The notes under the pieces were generated by a model. The model saw only the letters and a program-made list of their open reading frames with translations, made no database searches and had not been told where the DNA came from. This document shows positions 55,337 to 64,000 of a stretch of DNA of 64,000 bases, in pieces. Source of the DNA: a virus; IMG/VR virus record IMGVR_UViG_3300042691_016420, positions 24,669 to 88,668 of that record; one strand, written 5' to 3'. Numbering within the stretch: position 1 is the first letter of the stretch; each line of letters starts with the position of its first letter. The translations under genes and the position numbers were made by a program.

Positions 55337-55723
55337 ATGAAGAAGTTAATATTTATCTTATTACTATTTATTAGTAATACTCTTTACTCTCAACAGTTTT
55401 ATGAAGCTAAAACTTTTTCTTTCTGTACAATTAAGAGAGGTGAGAGATGGACTGAGTGGACTGAAGTAGAACTTATCAAAGCTTCTATAGAGGTAGATAG
55501 TGCTGATGGTACTATAGTTTTATATACTAATAGAGTTGCAACTTATAGTATTTATAAAACTGATAAGTTTATAAATGATGGTGAAGTAGTCTATTGGTTT
55601 TTTTGTGAGGATGATTCTAAAGTCCTTTGTAATATCCAGTTAGTTCTAGATAGAAATGGATATAATAAGAATGAGATGGAAATTAGGTATGCAGATTTAA
55701 AATTAAGATATGAACTTAAATGA
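55337..55723 (+). CDS. Secreted/periplasmic hypothetical protein
   Basis: Signal peptide MKKLIFILLLFISNTLYS-Q (Bacteroidota-style Gln at +1). Preceded by CGTAAAA at 55323. Confidence 0.65.
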   Translation: MKKLIFILLLFISNTLYSQQFYEAKTFSFCTIKRGERWTEWTEVELIKASIEVDSADGTIVLYTNRVATYSIYKTDKFINDGEVVYWFFCEDDSKVLCNIQLVLDRNGYNKNEMEIRYADLKLRYELK

Positions 55724-56291
55724 GATTCCTAAATATGTAATTAATCTACCTCATAGAACAGATAGATTAGGATCTTTTATAAGAGAAATACATAAAACTT
55801 TCATTAATAAAGACTTTACTATAATTGATGGTGTAATTAAAGAAACTTCAAGAGCTGGTATTTGGCAAGCATTTAAGAACTGTATACAAGATGCTAAAAA
55901 TAAAAACCACTTTGAGATTCTTTTTATGGAAGATGATGTAGTTTTTAGAGATGGAGCATATAAATATTCTCAAGAATGTTTTAATAATTTACCCAATGAT
56001 TGGGATATTCTTTTAGGAGGTATATCTGGTGTTAAAGAATTAATAGAGTATAATAATTATTGGAATAAAACAGTTGATTTTAGTGGAGGGCATTGTATGA
56101 TAATATCTTCTAAGATTTTTGATAAATTATTAAATATGGAAGAAAAAATACCAACAGATAGGGCTCTTGGAAGAATATTTAACTGTTATGTTACTAAAAA
56201 ACTTTTTGCTATACAATCAGCAGGATTTTCTGATTATGTAAAAAAAGAAGTAAATTATAGTGATTTTTTTAATCAATTTGAATTATTATGA
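55710..56291 (+). CDS. Glycosyltransferase family 25-like
   Basis: YVINL..RTDR, ILFMEDDV and WDILLGG motifs. Confidence 0.8.
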   Translation: MNLNEIPKYVINLPHRTDRLGSFIREIHKTFINKDFTIIDGVIKETSRAGIWQAFKNCIQDAKNKNHFEILFMEDDVVFRDGAYKYSQECFNNLPNDWDILLGGISGVKELIEYNNYWNKTVDFSGGHCMIISSKIFDKLLNMEEKIPTDRALGRIFNCYVTKKLFAIQSAGFSDYVKKEVNYSDFFNQFELL

Positions 56292-56749
56292 ACTTAAGTA
56301 AGAATTTAACACTCTTTGAAATGATAAGGAGTGATATGGCTAAGAGAAAGGGAGTTTCTAATCAGCCTACTCCTGAGCATATTGAGAATATGAAAGTTTT
56401 GGCTGAGAAAATATTCCAACCAATTAGAGAACACTTTGGTGTTCCTATCTATATATCCTCAGGATATAGAAGTGCAGCATTAAATAAGAAGATTGGGGGT
56501 TCTAGAACATCTCAACATCTTACAGGAGAAGCAATAGATATAGATATGGATGGACATCCACATGTTTCTAACGTACAAATCTTTAACTTTATAAGAGCTA
56601 ATCTTATTTTTGATCAATTGATTTGGGAATTTGGAAACAATAGTAATCCTGATTGGGTTCATGTGTCTTATAATACTTCAGGCACTAACAGAAGAGACGT
56701 ATTAAGGGCTACCAAAGGCACATTTGGGACTAAGTATGTAGCAATGTGA
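56288..56749 (+). CDS. Peptidase M15A (probable endolysin)
   Basis: LSKNLTL.E, SSGYRS..LN..IGG..TSQH..GEAIDI and WVHVSY zinc-ligand motifs. Confidence 0.85.
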   Translation: MNLSKNLTLFEMIRSDMAKRKGVSNQPTPEHIENMKVLAEKIFQPIREHFGVPIYISSGYRSAALNKKIGGSRTSQHLTGEAIDIDMDGHPHVSNVQIFNFIRANLIFDQLIWEFGNNSNPDWVHVSYNTSGTNRRDVLRATKGTFGTKYVAM

Positions 56750-56985
56750 GTAATGTAATAGTAATAGAGGTAGGTAAGAATTATTCTAAATTTGAGGAAC
56801 TTGCCTACCTAAAAGAGGAGAACTATTGTCTTCTAAATATGGACAATTTTGTATGGTATATTGGAACATGTTTAAATGATCCTTACCTTGCACAGCAATT
56901 ACTAGCTAAATATATGGGAATAACTCCCCTACATGCTAATGTAATTGTACAAATTAATAAGTATGACAGCGGAAAGAAAGATTAA
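56746..56985 (+). CDS. Hypothetical protein
   Basis: 79 aa, GTG start overlapping the previous stop. Confidence 0.45.
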   Translation: MSNVIVIEVGKNYSKFEELAYLKEENYCLLNMDNFVWYIGTCLNDPYLAQQLLAKYMGITPLHANVIVQINKYDSGKKD

Positions 56986-57913
56986 TCTGGACTTTAATGA
57001 TGTACTCATTTGTCCAGCTTCCTACTCTGATATAAGGAGTAGATCTGAGTGTGAGGTAGGAGATATTCTACCTCTTTTTACTGCTCCTATGGATACAGTA
57101 ATTAATAGAGATAATATGCACATCTTTAAAGACTTTAATATATGCCTTCCTAGAGAGAATAATGGCCCTCATGTAGATGAGGATGTATTCTCTTCTTATG
57201 GTATAGAAGAATTTGAGAAGTTATTTCTAGAGAATGAGGTATCCTTTACCAAAGCTAATATTCTTATTGATGTAGCTAATGGTCACATGAGGAGATTGCA
57301 TTATGCTGTATCTCTTGCTAAGAAGAAATATCCCCATATGTCTCTAATGGCAGGTAATATTGCCAATCCAGAAACATTTGAGATATTACAAGATGCTGGT
57401 GCAGACTACATTAGAGTAGGTATTGGTAATGGTGGAGGATGTTTAACTACACAACAAACTGGTGTAGGATATCCTATGGCCTCACTAATTAGTGAGTGTA
57501 ACTTTGTTAAGAGAGGTTCCAAACTTGTAGCTGATGGTGGTATGCAGAAATACTCAGACATCATCAAGGCTTTAGCCATTGGTGCAGACTATGTAATGCT
57601 AGGAAGCATTCTAAATAGAATGCGAGAGAGTGCTGGTGAGACTGTTACCTATCAAGGTAAACCTCATAAACACTTTAGAGGTATGTCTTCTAAGGGTGTG
57701 CAAGAAGATTGGGGTAGAGATATCCTTAAAACTTCTGAGGGAATTGATAGGTATTTTCCAGTAGAATATACATACTCCCAGTGGGTATCTAACTTTAAAG
57801 ATTATCTAAAGAGTGCTATGTCCTACACAGGATGTGGAACTCTTGAGGAATTTATTGGTAATGTAGAGATTATACAAATTAGTAATAACGCTTACAATAG
57901 ATTTGCAAAATGA
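56963..57913 (+). CDS. IMP dehydrogenase / GMP reductase family enzyme (no CBS domain)
   Basis: LDFNDVLI.P, TAPMDTV, IDVANGH, AGNIA, VGIGNGGGCLT (catalytic Cys loop), VADGG, GADYVMLG, FRGMSS, SAMSYTG. Confidence 0.9.
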   Translation: MTAERKINLDFNDVLICPASYSDIRSRSECEVGDILPLFTAPMDTVINRDNMHIFKDFNICLPRENNGPHVDEDVFSSYGIEEFEKLFLENEVSFTKANILIDVANGHMRRLHYAVSLAKKKYPHMSLMAGNIANPETFEILQDAGADYIRVGIGNGGGCLTTQQTGVGYPMASLISECNFVKRGSKLVADGGMQKYSDIIKALAIGADYVMLGSILNRMRESAGETVTYQGKPHKHFRGMSSKGVQEDWGRDILKTSEGIDRYFPVEYTYSQWVSNFKDYLKSAMSYTGCGTLEEFIGNVEIIQISNNAYNRFAK

Positions 57914-58266
57914 GAATTTATTATAGTCTAGATGAGATAAAGGAGATTGTTGATGAGTTAATGCCTCCTAAGAATAATCACTTGATTGGTAAATTTAAGT
58001 TAGAGTTTCTAATTAGTTCTAAGAATTGGGACTATGCTTCTAATGAGATTGAGATTGTTAATCAAAGAAACTTTAAGTATTACATTAAGAAAGCAAGTTT
58101 GCAACAAGAGATAGATATTCTTAGAAGTTATCTTGATGATTATTATGAGTATTATGATGATCATGCTCTATGGAAATATCAAACAGAGTTAAGAGAAAGA
58201 ATTAAAAGATTAGAAGATGAAAATAAAATATGGATACTGCAAGAGTTGTCAAAAATCTCTCTTTAA
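57910..58266 (+). CDS. Hypothetical protein
   Basis: 118 aa, ATGA overlap. Confidence 0.55.
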   Translation: MRIYYSLDEIKEIVDELMPPKNNHLIGKFKLEFLISSKNWDYASNEIEIVNQRNFKYYIKKASLQQEIDILRSYLDDYYEYYDDHALWKYQTELRERIKRLEDENKIWILQELSKISL

Positions 58267-58615
58267 TTTTAAACACCATGAAATGGCTTGGTGTACTAGC
58301 TGTAATAAGTCTGCTGTTGATATTGAAGAGTTTTACTCCAGAACTATTGGAGATGCTGAGGTTAGAGAAGGAGAAATATCTGATCTCATAGAAGGTATTA
58401 GGGAATCTTTTGTATGGACCTCTAATTATGATAAAGATATGAATAGAACTGAGCCTGTTAATAAACTCTTAAAAGACTTAGATACTGATCATATTATTAA
58501 TATTATAGACTATCTTGTTGGTAGAGATTCTATACAAGAAGCTACAAAAAGAAGTATATCCGTAATGGTTAATGAATTAAAGTACAGACATGATAAAAGA
58601 ATTTATTCCTTATAA
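58217..58615 (+). CDS. Hypothetical zinc-binding protein
   Basis: Two CxxC pairs, W..NYDKDMN...LLKDLDTDHI.NI. Confidence 0.6.
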   Translation: MKIKYGYCKSCQKSLFNFKHHEMAWCTSCNKSAVDIEEFYSRTIGDAEVREGEISDLIEGIRESFVWTSNYDKDMNRTEPVNKLLKDLDTDHIINIIDYLVGRDSIQEATKRSISVMVNELKYRHDKRIYSL

Positions 58616-58970
58616 TTTAGCATTAGCACTTAAAGAATTGGGGTTTGATGAACCTTGTTTTAAAAAATATATAGCAGGATGTTTATGGAGCAATCCAATA
58701 GCTCCTGAAGTATATGAAAATATACCTCTAAATAGTTCTGATTGTTTAGCACCACTATACCAACAAGCATTTAGATGGTTTAGAGAGAAGTATAAAATGG
58801 ATTCTGTAATAATTAGAAGTTTTAGTATGACTAATTCCTATCATTATAATATTGTTATAGACCAAGATTATGGAAATGATTTACAATCTACATCAATTCC
58901 TAATAGAACTTATCAACAAGCAGAACTTGAATGTCTTAAAAAATTAATTGAGATTGTAAAAAACAAATAA
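58590..58970 (+). CDS. Hypothetical protein
   Basis: KEFIPY..ALALKELGFDEPC...APLYQQAFRWFREKY...AELECLKKLIEIV recurrent Bacteroidota phage type. Confidence 0.7.
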   Translation: MIKEFIPYNLALALKELGFDEPCFKKYIAGCLWSNPIAPEVYENIPLNSSDCLAPLYQQAFRWFREKYKMDSVIIRSFSMTNSYHYNIVIDQDYGNDLQSTSIPNRTYQQAELECLKKLIEIVKNK

Positions 58971-58976
58971 TTATGA

Positions 58977-60851
58977 ATGAAAAGAGTTTGGGTTTATGAT
59001 CTAGAGACCTTAGACATTTTTACTGCAACTTTTATAGATAGAGACTCTGATGAAACCAGAGTCTTTGTCATTAGTAAGAGTAAGGATGAAAGAGAAGAAC
59101 TATTCTCATTTCTTAAGAATGAGGTTAGTGGATTAATAGGTTACAATAGTGTACACTTTGATGGACAAATAGTAGAGTATATGTTTAGGAATCCTAACTG
59201 TACTCCACAAGACATTAAGAGGTATGCTAGAATTATAACTTCAGAGGATAATAGAAGACCTGATGTGGCTGAATGGCAATTTAGAATCCCACAACTAGAC
59301 CTATTCAGGTCTCTATCTCTCTCTACTAAAGCCAAAAGAACTGGCTTAAAGTGGTGTGAATTTATGATGGACCTAGAGAATATTGAGGATATGCCTTCAC
59401 AGGGTGTAGGTGAGAATTGGGAAGAGATGGTGCTCTCTTACAATCTAAATGATGTTATTGCTACTAAGGAACTGTATAACAGATTTAAGCATGAGATTGA
59501 GCTACGCAAGGCTATAACCTTGAGAGACAATGTTAATGTTATGAATAGTACAGAGCCTGATATGGCTAAGAAACTATTTGGTAAGTATCTCTCTAGAGCT
59601 ATGAGGATTCCCCTCAATGATTTAAAGAGTATGTCTACCAGTAGAGATGTAGTACATGTCAAGGATATTATATTTCCTTATGTTACCTTTAATAAAGAGA
59701 AGTTTAAAGAAGTCCTAACACACTTCCAGAGCCTCTCTCTTAAGAATAAGGATAACTTTGAGAAGGTAGTAAACTACAAAGGCATTCCTATTGTCTTTGG
59801 CTTAGGTGGTATCCACGCTGCTCCTAAGAATAAGATATATAGTAGTGATGAGAATATGATTATTAAGAGTCTGGATGTAGTAAGTTTCTATCCTAATCTT
59901 ATGATTAGGAATGGCTTATGTCCAGCACATTTACCTAAGGATATATTTCTTCCCTTGTATGAGGGTTTCTTTAATGAGAGGAGAAGTATTCCAAAATCTG
60001 ATCCTAGAAACTATATACTTAAAATTTTGCTTAATGCCACTTATGGCTTGACAAATGATGAGTATAGTTTTCTGAGAGATAGAGCAGTAACTCTCTCTAT
60101 ATGTATTAATGGTCAACTCCTGCTAACTATGCTACTAGAGATGTTAGCAGAGAAGATGCCTTTAGAATTAGTCATGATGAATACAGATGGCTTTGAGGTT
60201 AGAATTCCAAGAGCTTATGAGGAAACCTATAACTCTGTTTGTAAAGAGTGGGAATCCTTAACTAAACTTGAGTTAGAGTTTGTAGACTATCAGAAGATGA
60301 TAATCTCAGACGTAAATAACTATATAGCTATCTACACTAATGGAAAAACAAAGACTAAAGGCAAGTATGAGTTCAAGGATATTCCACTTCATAAAAACAA
60401 ATCTCATTGTATTATACCTTATTCTGTTTATAATTATTGGGTTCATAATATTAATGTAGAGGAAACTATTAAGGGACACAGGAATATCTTTGATTTTTGT
60501 GCAGGAGTTAAGGCTAAGAAATCTGTAGAGAGAGGGCAATCCTCCTATGAGTTGCATGCTATAGCAATACAAGATTTAAAAATAACTAAGCTTAGTAAGA
60601 CTGTAAGATACTATATTTGTAATAAGAACCATGATGGCTATCTAATGAAGAGATATTCTATTGGAAGCTTAGAACAAGTAGAAGCTCCGGCTAGAAAGGG
60701 TAAAATCTTTAAAGCTTGGACTGTTAAATACTTTAATAAGTACTTCAAGCCAAAAGAATTCTCAGATTATAATATTGATTATCAGTATTATATAATGAAA
60801 GCTAATGAATGGATTGCAGAATTTGATGAAAAACAATTATCTTTATTCTAA
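58977..60851 (+). CDS. polB: DNA polymerase family B (crAss type)
   Basis: Exo motifs YDLET, GYN..FD and YNLNDV. Polymerase motifs SLDVVSFYPN, KILLNATYG and NTDG. Confidence 0.93.
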   Translation: MKRVWVYDLETLDIFTATFIDRDSDETRVFVISKSKDEREELFSFLKNEVSGLIGYNSVHFDGQIVEYMFRNPNCTPQDIKRYARIITSEDNRRPDVAEWQFRIPQLDLFRSLSLSTKAKRTGLKWCEFMMDLENIEDMPSQGVGENWEEMVLSYNLNDVIATKELYNRFKHEIELRKAITLRDNVNVMNSTEPDMAKKLFGKYLSRAMRIPLNDLKSMSTSRDVVHVKDIIFPYVTFNKEKFKEVLTHFQSLSLKNKDNFEKVVNYKGIPIVFGLGGIHAAPKNKIYSSDENMIIKSLDVVSFYPNLMIRNGLCPAHLPKDIFLPLYEGFFNERRSIPKSDPRNYILKILLNATYGLTNDEYSFLRDRAVTLSICINGQLLLTMLLEMLAEKMPLELVMMNTDGFEVRIPRAYEETYNSVCKEWESLTKLELEFVDYQKMIISDVNNYIAIYTNGKTKTKGKYEFKDIPLHKNKSHCIIPYSVYNYWVHNINVEETIKGHRNIFDFCAGVKAKKSVERGQSSYELHAIAIQDLKITKLSKTVRYYICNKNHDGYLMKRYSIGSLEQVEAPARKGKIFKAWTVKYFNKYFKPKEFSDYNIDYQYYIMKANEWIAEFDEKQLSLF

Positions 60852-60855
60852 AATT

Positions 60856-61086
60856 ATGTACAAGAAAGTGATTATACAGCCTTATAAAAGTGTTGGAATT
60901 GATGGGAAAACCACAGTTACTGGTAGATACAAAGACAATATTGGTGTAGGTAAATTTGAGACAGAAGATACTTATACACTAGTATGCACTATTTCCAGAG
61001 ATATTGGTAACCAGAAAGAACAGGAAGCATATGCAACTCTAATAGCTACTCTCTTAAATGAGAATAGAAAATATGTTATGGAGTAG
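60856..61086 (+). CDS. Hypothetical protein
   Basis: ATG 60856 (MYKKVII) just after the PolB stop. Confidence 0.5.
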   Translation: MYKKVIIQPYKSVGIDGKTTVTGRYKDNIGVGKFETEDTYTLVCTISRDIGNQKEQEAYATLIATLLNENRKYVME

Positions 61087-61102
61087 TATTTTATAAGAAT
61101 AT

Positions 61103-61531
61103 GTGAAAAGAAAAAAACAGAGTATTAAGCTCCTAGCTCTTAGTAAGTATAAAAATGTACATGAGCTAAAGCAACAGCTTTATAGAAGTGCTAGAAAAAG
61201 AGCACTTCAAAAGGGGCTTGAATTTAATATTGAACTGAGAGATATACACATTCCTAAGAAGTGTCCTATCCTCAAAGTTCCCCTAATATGTAGTACTAGG
61301 TACTCTCCATCCATAGACAGAATATATCCTGATAAGGGGTATGTTAAGGGTAACATTGCTGTTATTAGCACCCTAGCTAATAGTATGAAAGCTAATGCTA
61401 CCCCAAATGAACTTTTAATTTTTGCTAAAAACATTAAGAAGTATATGGATTTATATGAAGAGGTAGAAGTGGATGAACTTCCAGTTCCACCAGATCCAGA
61501 TGAGATAATTAGAATAATGAATGAAGACTAA
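61103..61531 (+). CDS. HNH-type endonuclease
   Basis: ARKRA..KGLEFNI...CPIL..SPSIDRI.PDKGYVKGNIAVIS..AN.MK pattern. Confidence 0.8.
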   Translation: MKRKKQSIKLLALSKYKNVHELKQQLYRSARKRALQKGLEFNIELRDIHIPKKCPILKVPLICSTRYSPSIDRIYPDKGYVKGNIAVISTLANSMKANATPNELLIFAKNIKKYMDLYEEVEVDELPVPPDPDEIIRIMNED

Positions 61532-62699
61532 GGATCAAAAACAAGCTGAGATAGTAAAAACTTGGGAAGACAATAATAGAGTGGGTCTCCTAACTGCAGT
61601 AGGTAGCTTTGGCAAAACCATTACTGCAATCAAGTGTTGTAAGACACTTACAGAAGATACTGTTATACATGTAGTTGTCCCAAGACAAATTTTACAGGAA
61701 CAGTGGGTTAAGATTCTTAAAGAATGGGGAGTAAAGGCAGAAGTTTTTGTTGTTAATACATATGTTAAAACTAGCATGCAATCAGATTTTCTGATACAAG
61801 ATGAGATACATATGTATTCTAATGATGAGGCTATTGTCTTTAACCAAGCTGTGCTAAATAGTAAGTGGAAGTATTTTCTAGGTCTATCAGCCACCATGTC
61901 AGAAGCCCATATAGAGACCCTTTCTAAGAGGGGTATCAGAGAAATCTGTAATATCTCTATGAAAGAGGCTTTACAAAACCATTGGGTTGCACCTGTAATA
62001 GAGTATAATAAGATGTTGGACTTTACAGAAGTAGAGGCTAAGCAATATGCTGAAGCTAATAAGATGTATGAGTTCTACTTTAAGACATTCTATAATAGGT
62101 TTGATGATGTAATGGCATGTCTAAGCCCTGCAGGTAGAGATGCTTATCTGTATAGAAGGAATCAAGGACTAAATCCAACTAGTCCAGGATACCTAGATCC
62201 AGGTAAAGCAGTAACACATGCAGTGCAGTTTAATAGATGGCTTAAGAAAAGAAAGGACATTATTTACAATGCTTATAACAAGTATAATGAGATTCTTAAT
62301 ATCATATCTGAGCATGCTGATGAGCGCTGTATTATTTTTAGTGAGAGTACTTCTTTTTGTGATTATCTTCATACTATTCTACCCAATAGTGTTCTTTATC
62401 ACTCCAAGATTAGTGAGAAGAAGAAGAGAGAGAACTTAAAGAAATTCTTAGATAAAGAGGTACAGTATCTTATAGGTGCAAAGAGCGTAGATCAGGGATT
62501 TGATGATAGTAGTGTCACACTTGGTATTATAGCCAGTAGTACTTCAAGCTCTACCCAACATAGACAACGTCTATACAGGGTAACTAGGTATGAGAAAGAT
62601 AAACTTTCCTACCTATATAATCTAGTAATAAGAGGCTCACAAGAGGAAAGTTGGTTAAGAAGTAAACAGAAAGATACAAGAGCTGCAATAGTAATATAG
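61521..62699 (+). CDS. Superfamily 2 helicase
   Basis: GSFGKT Walker A, DEIH, GLSAT, IIFSES, DQGFD and QRLYRVTR motifs. Confidence 0.85.
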   Translation: MKTKDQKQAEIVKTWEDNNRVGLLTAVGSFGKTITAIKCCKTLTEDTVIHVVVPRQILQEQWVKILKEWGVKAEVFVVNTYVKTSMQSDFLIQDEIHMYSNDEAIVFNQAVLNSKWKYFLGLSATMSEAHIETLSKRGIREICNISMKEALQNHWVAPVIEYNKMLDFTEVEAKQYAEANKMYEFYFKTFYNRFDDVMACLSPAGRDAYLYRRNQGLNPTSPGYLDPGKAVTHAVQFNRWLKKRKDIIYNAYNKYNEILNIISEHADERCIIFSESTSFCDYLHTILPNSVLYHSKISEKKKRENLKKFLDKEVQYLIGAKSVDQGFDDSSVTLGIIASSTSSSTQHRQRLYRVTRYEKDKLSYLYNLVIRGSQEESWLRSKQKDTRAAIVI

Positions 62700-62746
62700 A
62701 GTCTTTTATAGAGGGGTTAGGATTTTTAAAACGACAAATAAAAGAC

Positions 62747-63406
62747 ATGCTAGATTTAGAAAAATGGGTTGATGTCCTTGTGAAATATGATATTTCTGGC
62801 GAGGAATTAACCTATCTACTCTTGATTTATAACAAGAGGTTTGATTTGGTGTATAAGTATAGTAACTTTACACCAAAAGATGATGAGGTAAGACCAACTT
62901 CTGCTACTGAGAAGATGGTTGGTCAAAGAATAACCTTGACTTCCAAGTATGGAGTTAAGGAGAATGTCCTAGTCAATGGTAATAGAAGTAGGAGAGCTAT
63001 AAACTCTGAGATGATACTCTCACTTGCAGAGAGGGGTCTAATTGAGCAAGTAATTCCCAGTACCAAGAATACATTCCAACTGGATTATTTTGAGGTTACT
63101 GATAAACTTGCCAAAGAACTCTTCTTTGAGGTAGATAAACACATTGATGAGCTTTATGAGGCTTATCCTACTTTTACACTTATTGAGGGTAGACAAGCAT
63201 TTCTTACCTCTGCAGACAGGAATCTGATGTCCATCCTGTATGCTAAAAACATTAAGAGGAACATCAATACTCACAATGAAGTTATTGCTAAAGTTAAATC
63301 TAACTATAACAATCTGAATATGAAGATAGAAAACTTTATTAAGAGTAAGCTATGGGAAAAACTAAATATTGAAGAACCAAAAGTAGATAAAGTAACTTCA
63401 CTATGA
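62747..63406 (+). CDS. Replication-module protein upstream of DnaB (possible wHTH)
   Basis: 219 aa with ELYEAYP...Y.KNI..N...H.EV pattern. Typical crAss position. Confidence 0.5.
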   Translation: MLDLEKWVDVLVKYDISGEELTYLLLIYNKRFDLVYKYSNFTPKDDEVRPTSATEKMVGQRITLTSKYGVKENVLVNGNRSRRAINSEMILSLAERGLIEQVIPSTKNTFQLDYFEVTDKLAKELFFEVDKHIDELYEAYPTFTLIEGRQAFLTSADRNLMSILYAKNIKRNINTHNEVIAKVKSNYNNLNMKIENFIKSKLWEKLNIEEPKVDKVTSL

Positions 63407-64000
63407 ATTTAGAAGAGAGAATACAAGCTGGATTGGATGGTAAGTTTCAAGGCTTATCTAATGGCTTCAAGAGAATTAATTCTGAGATACATGGTATCCA
63501 GAGAGGGGTATACACCTTACTGGGCGGTTTATCAGGTACTTATAAGACTACTCTTGCAGATTTTATGCTATTAAATGCAATATCTGATGCAGAAAGCAAA
63601 GGACTGGAAATCAATGTATTCTATTATTCTTATGAGATTGACGAGTTATCTAAGAAATGTAACTGGCTTTCCGTCATCATAAGGAATAAACATGGGATTA
63701 TAATTCCCCCAGAGGTTATTAAAGGTTTTGGTGACAATAGACTGACACCTGAACAATTAGAGTATGTCAAGATGGAAATACCAACTGTAGAAGCTTTGTT
63801 CTCTAAGATAAATTTTAGATTTAAGAGTACTAATCCTACTGGTATCTACAATGAGATGTGGCAATATATGTCTAATAAGGGGACCTTTACCTATATGGAT
63901 TATATAGATAAGGAAGGTAATCCTAAGAAGAAGATTGATAAGTTTATACCTAATAATCCTGAGGCTTATAATATAATTATCCTAGACCATCTGCTCTTAC
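63403..64000 (+). CDS. dnaB: Replicative DnaB-like helicase (partial, runs off the right edge)
   Basis: MNLEERIQAGLDGKFQGLSNGF...GGLSGTYKTT (Walker A), YSYE, IILDH (Walker B). Not in the ORF track. Confidence 0.88.
   Translation, partial: MNLEERIQAGLDGKFQGLSNGFKRINSEIHGIQRGVYTLLGGLSGTYKTTLADFMLLNAISDAESKGLEINVFYYSYEIDELSKKCNWLSVIIRNKHGIIIPPEVIKGFGDNRLTPEQLEYVKMEIPTVEALFSKINFRFKSTNPTGIYNEMWQYMSNKGTFTYMDYIDKEGNPKKKIDKFIPNNPEAYNIIILDHLLL

Noticed and set aside
43194-60851. Introns or inteins in TerL, PolB, MCP or vRNAP
   Set aside because: TerL, PolB and MCP are of normal length with contiguous motifs, and I saw no intein splice-junction or LAGLIDADG patterns in any of the four.
3881-62330. 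Hammerhead cores (CTGATGA near 3881, 53607, 59047 and 62317)
   Set aside because: All lie inside coding sequence and I saw no flanking stems with a GAAA/UH arrangement.
1-64000. Stop-codon reassignment, as in some crAss lineages
   Set aside because: Long genes are uninterrupted under the standard code, TAG and TGA both end genes at sensible places, and no clear suppressor tRNA was seen.
1-64000. Prophage/integrase, diversity-generating retroelement or retron
   Set aside because: No recombinase or reverse-transcriptase motifs, and no host genes or template/variable repeat pair seen in the window.

Overview
This window is a 64-kb, AT-rich and strongly CG-depleted segment of a crAss-like phage (Crassvirales), most likely infecting a Bacteroidota host. 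The host inference rests on TAnnTTTG promoter elements and A-rich leaders without Shine-Dalgarno sites. Left arm (1-46.6 kb, minus strand): the virion module in canonical crAss order. It carries an HU/IHF-like gene, terminase, portal, scaffold, major capsid, auxiliary capsid, ring and muzzle tail proteins, basic cargo proteins, a 3903-aa virion RNA polymerase (DYDVD motif), ferritin, a second large cargo protein, a unimolecular-spanin-like gene, a holin-like gene and tail genes. Right arm (46.7-64 kb, plus strand): small early genes, tRNA-Arg(UCU), an ECF-like sigma factor, 3D-domain and M15 muralytic enzymes, a GT25 glycosyltransferase, an IMPDH/GMP-reductase, PolB, an SF2 helicase and the start of DnaB. 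Standard genetic code fits throughout. The most notable unannotated signals are five. (1) Two tandem twister ribozymes bracket a 177-nt structured RNA that could be excised and circularised. (2) A ~0.8-kb gap is tiled with structured RNA modules: three aberrant tRNA-like elements, a duplicated covarying pseudoknot and a kissing-loop RNA. (3) A CGTA(T/A)AA motif precedes most late genes and may be read by the phage ECF-like sigma. (4) A repeated xxxG[ST]K peptide motif separates modules in the basic cargo proteins. (5) A candidate overprinted ORF lies inside the portal gene. All family assignments come from motif recognition by eye; no searches were run.
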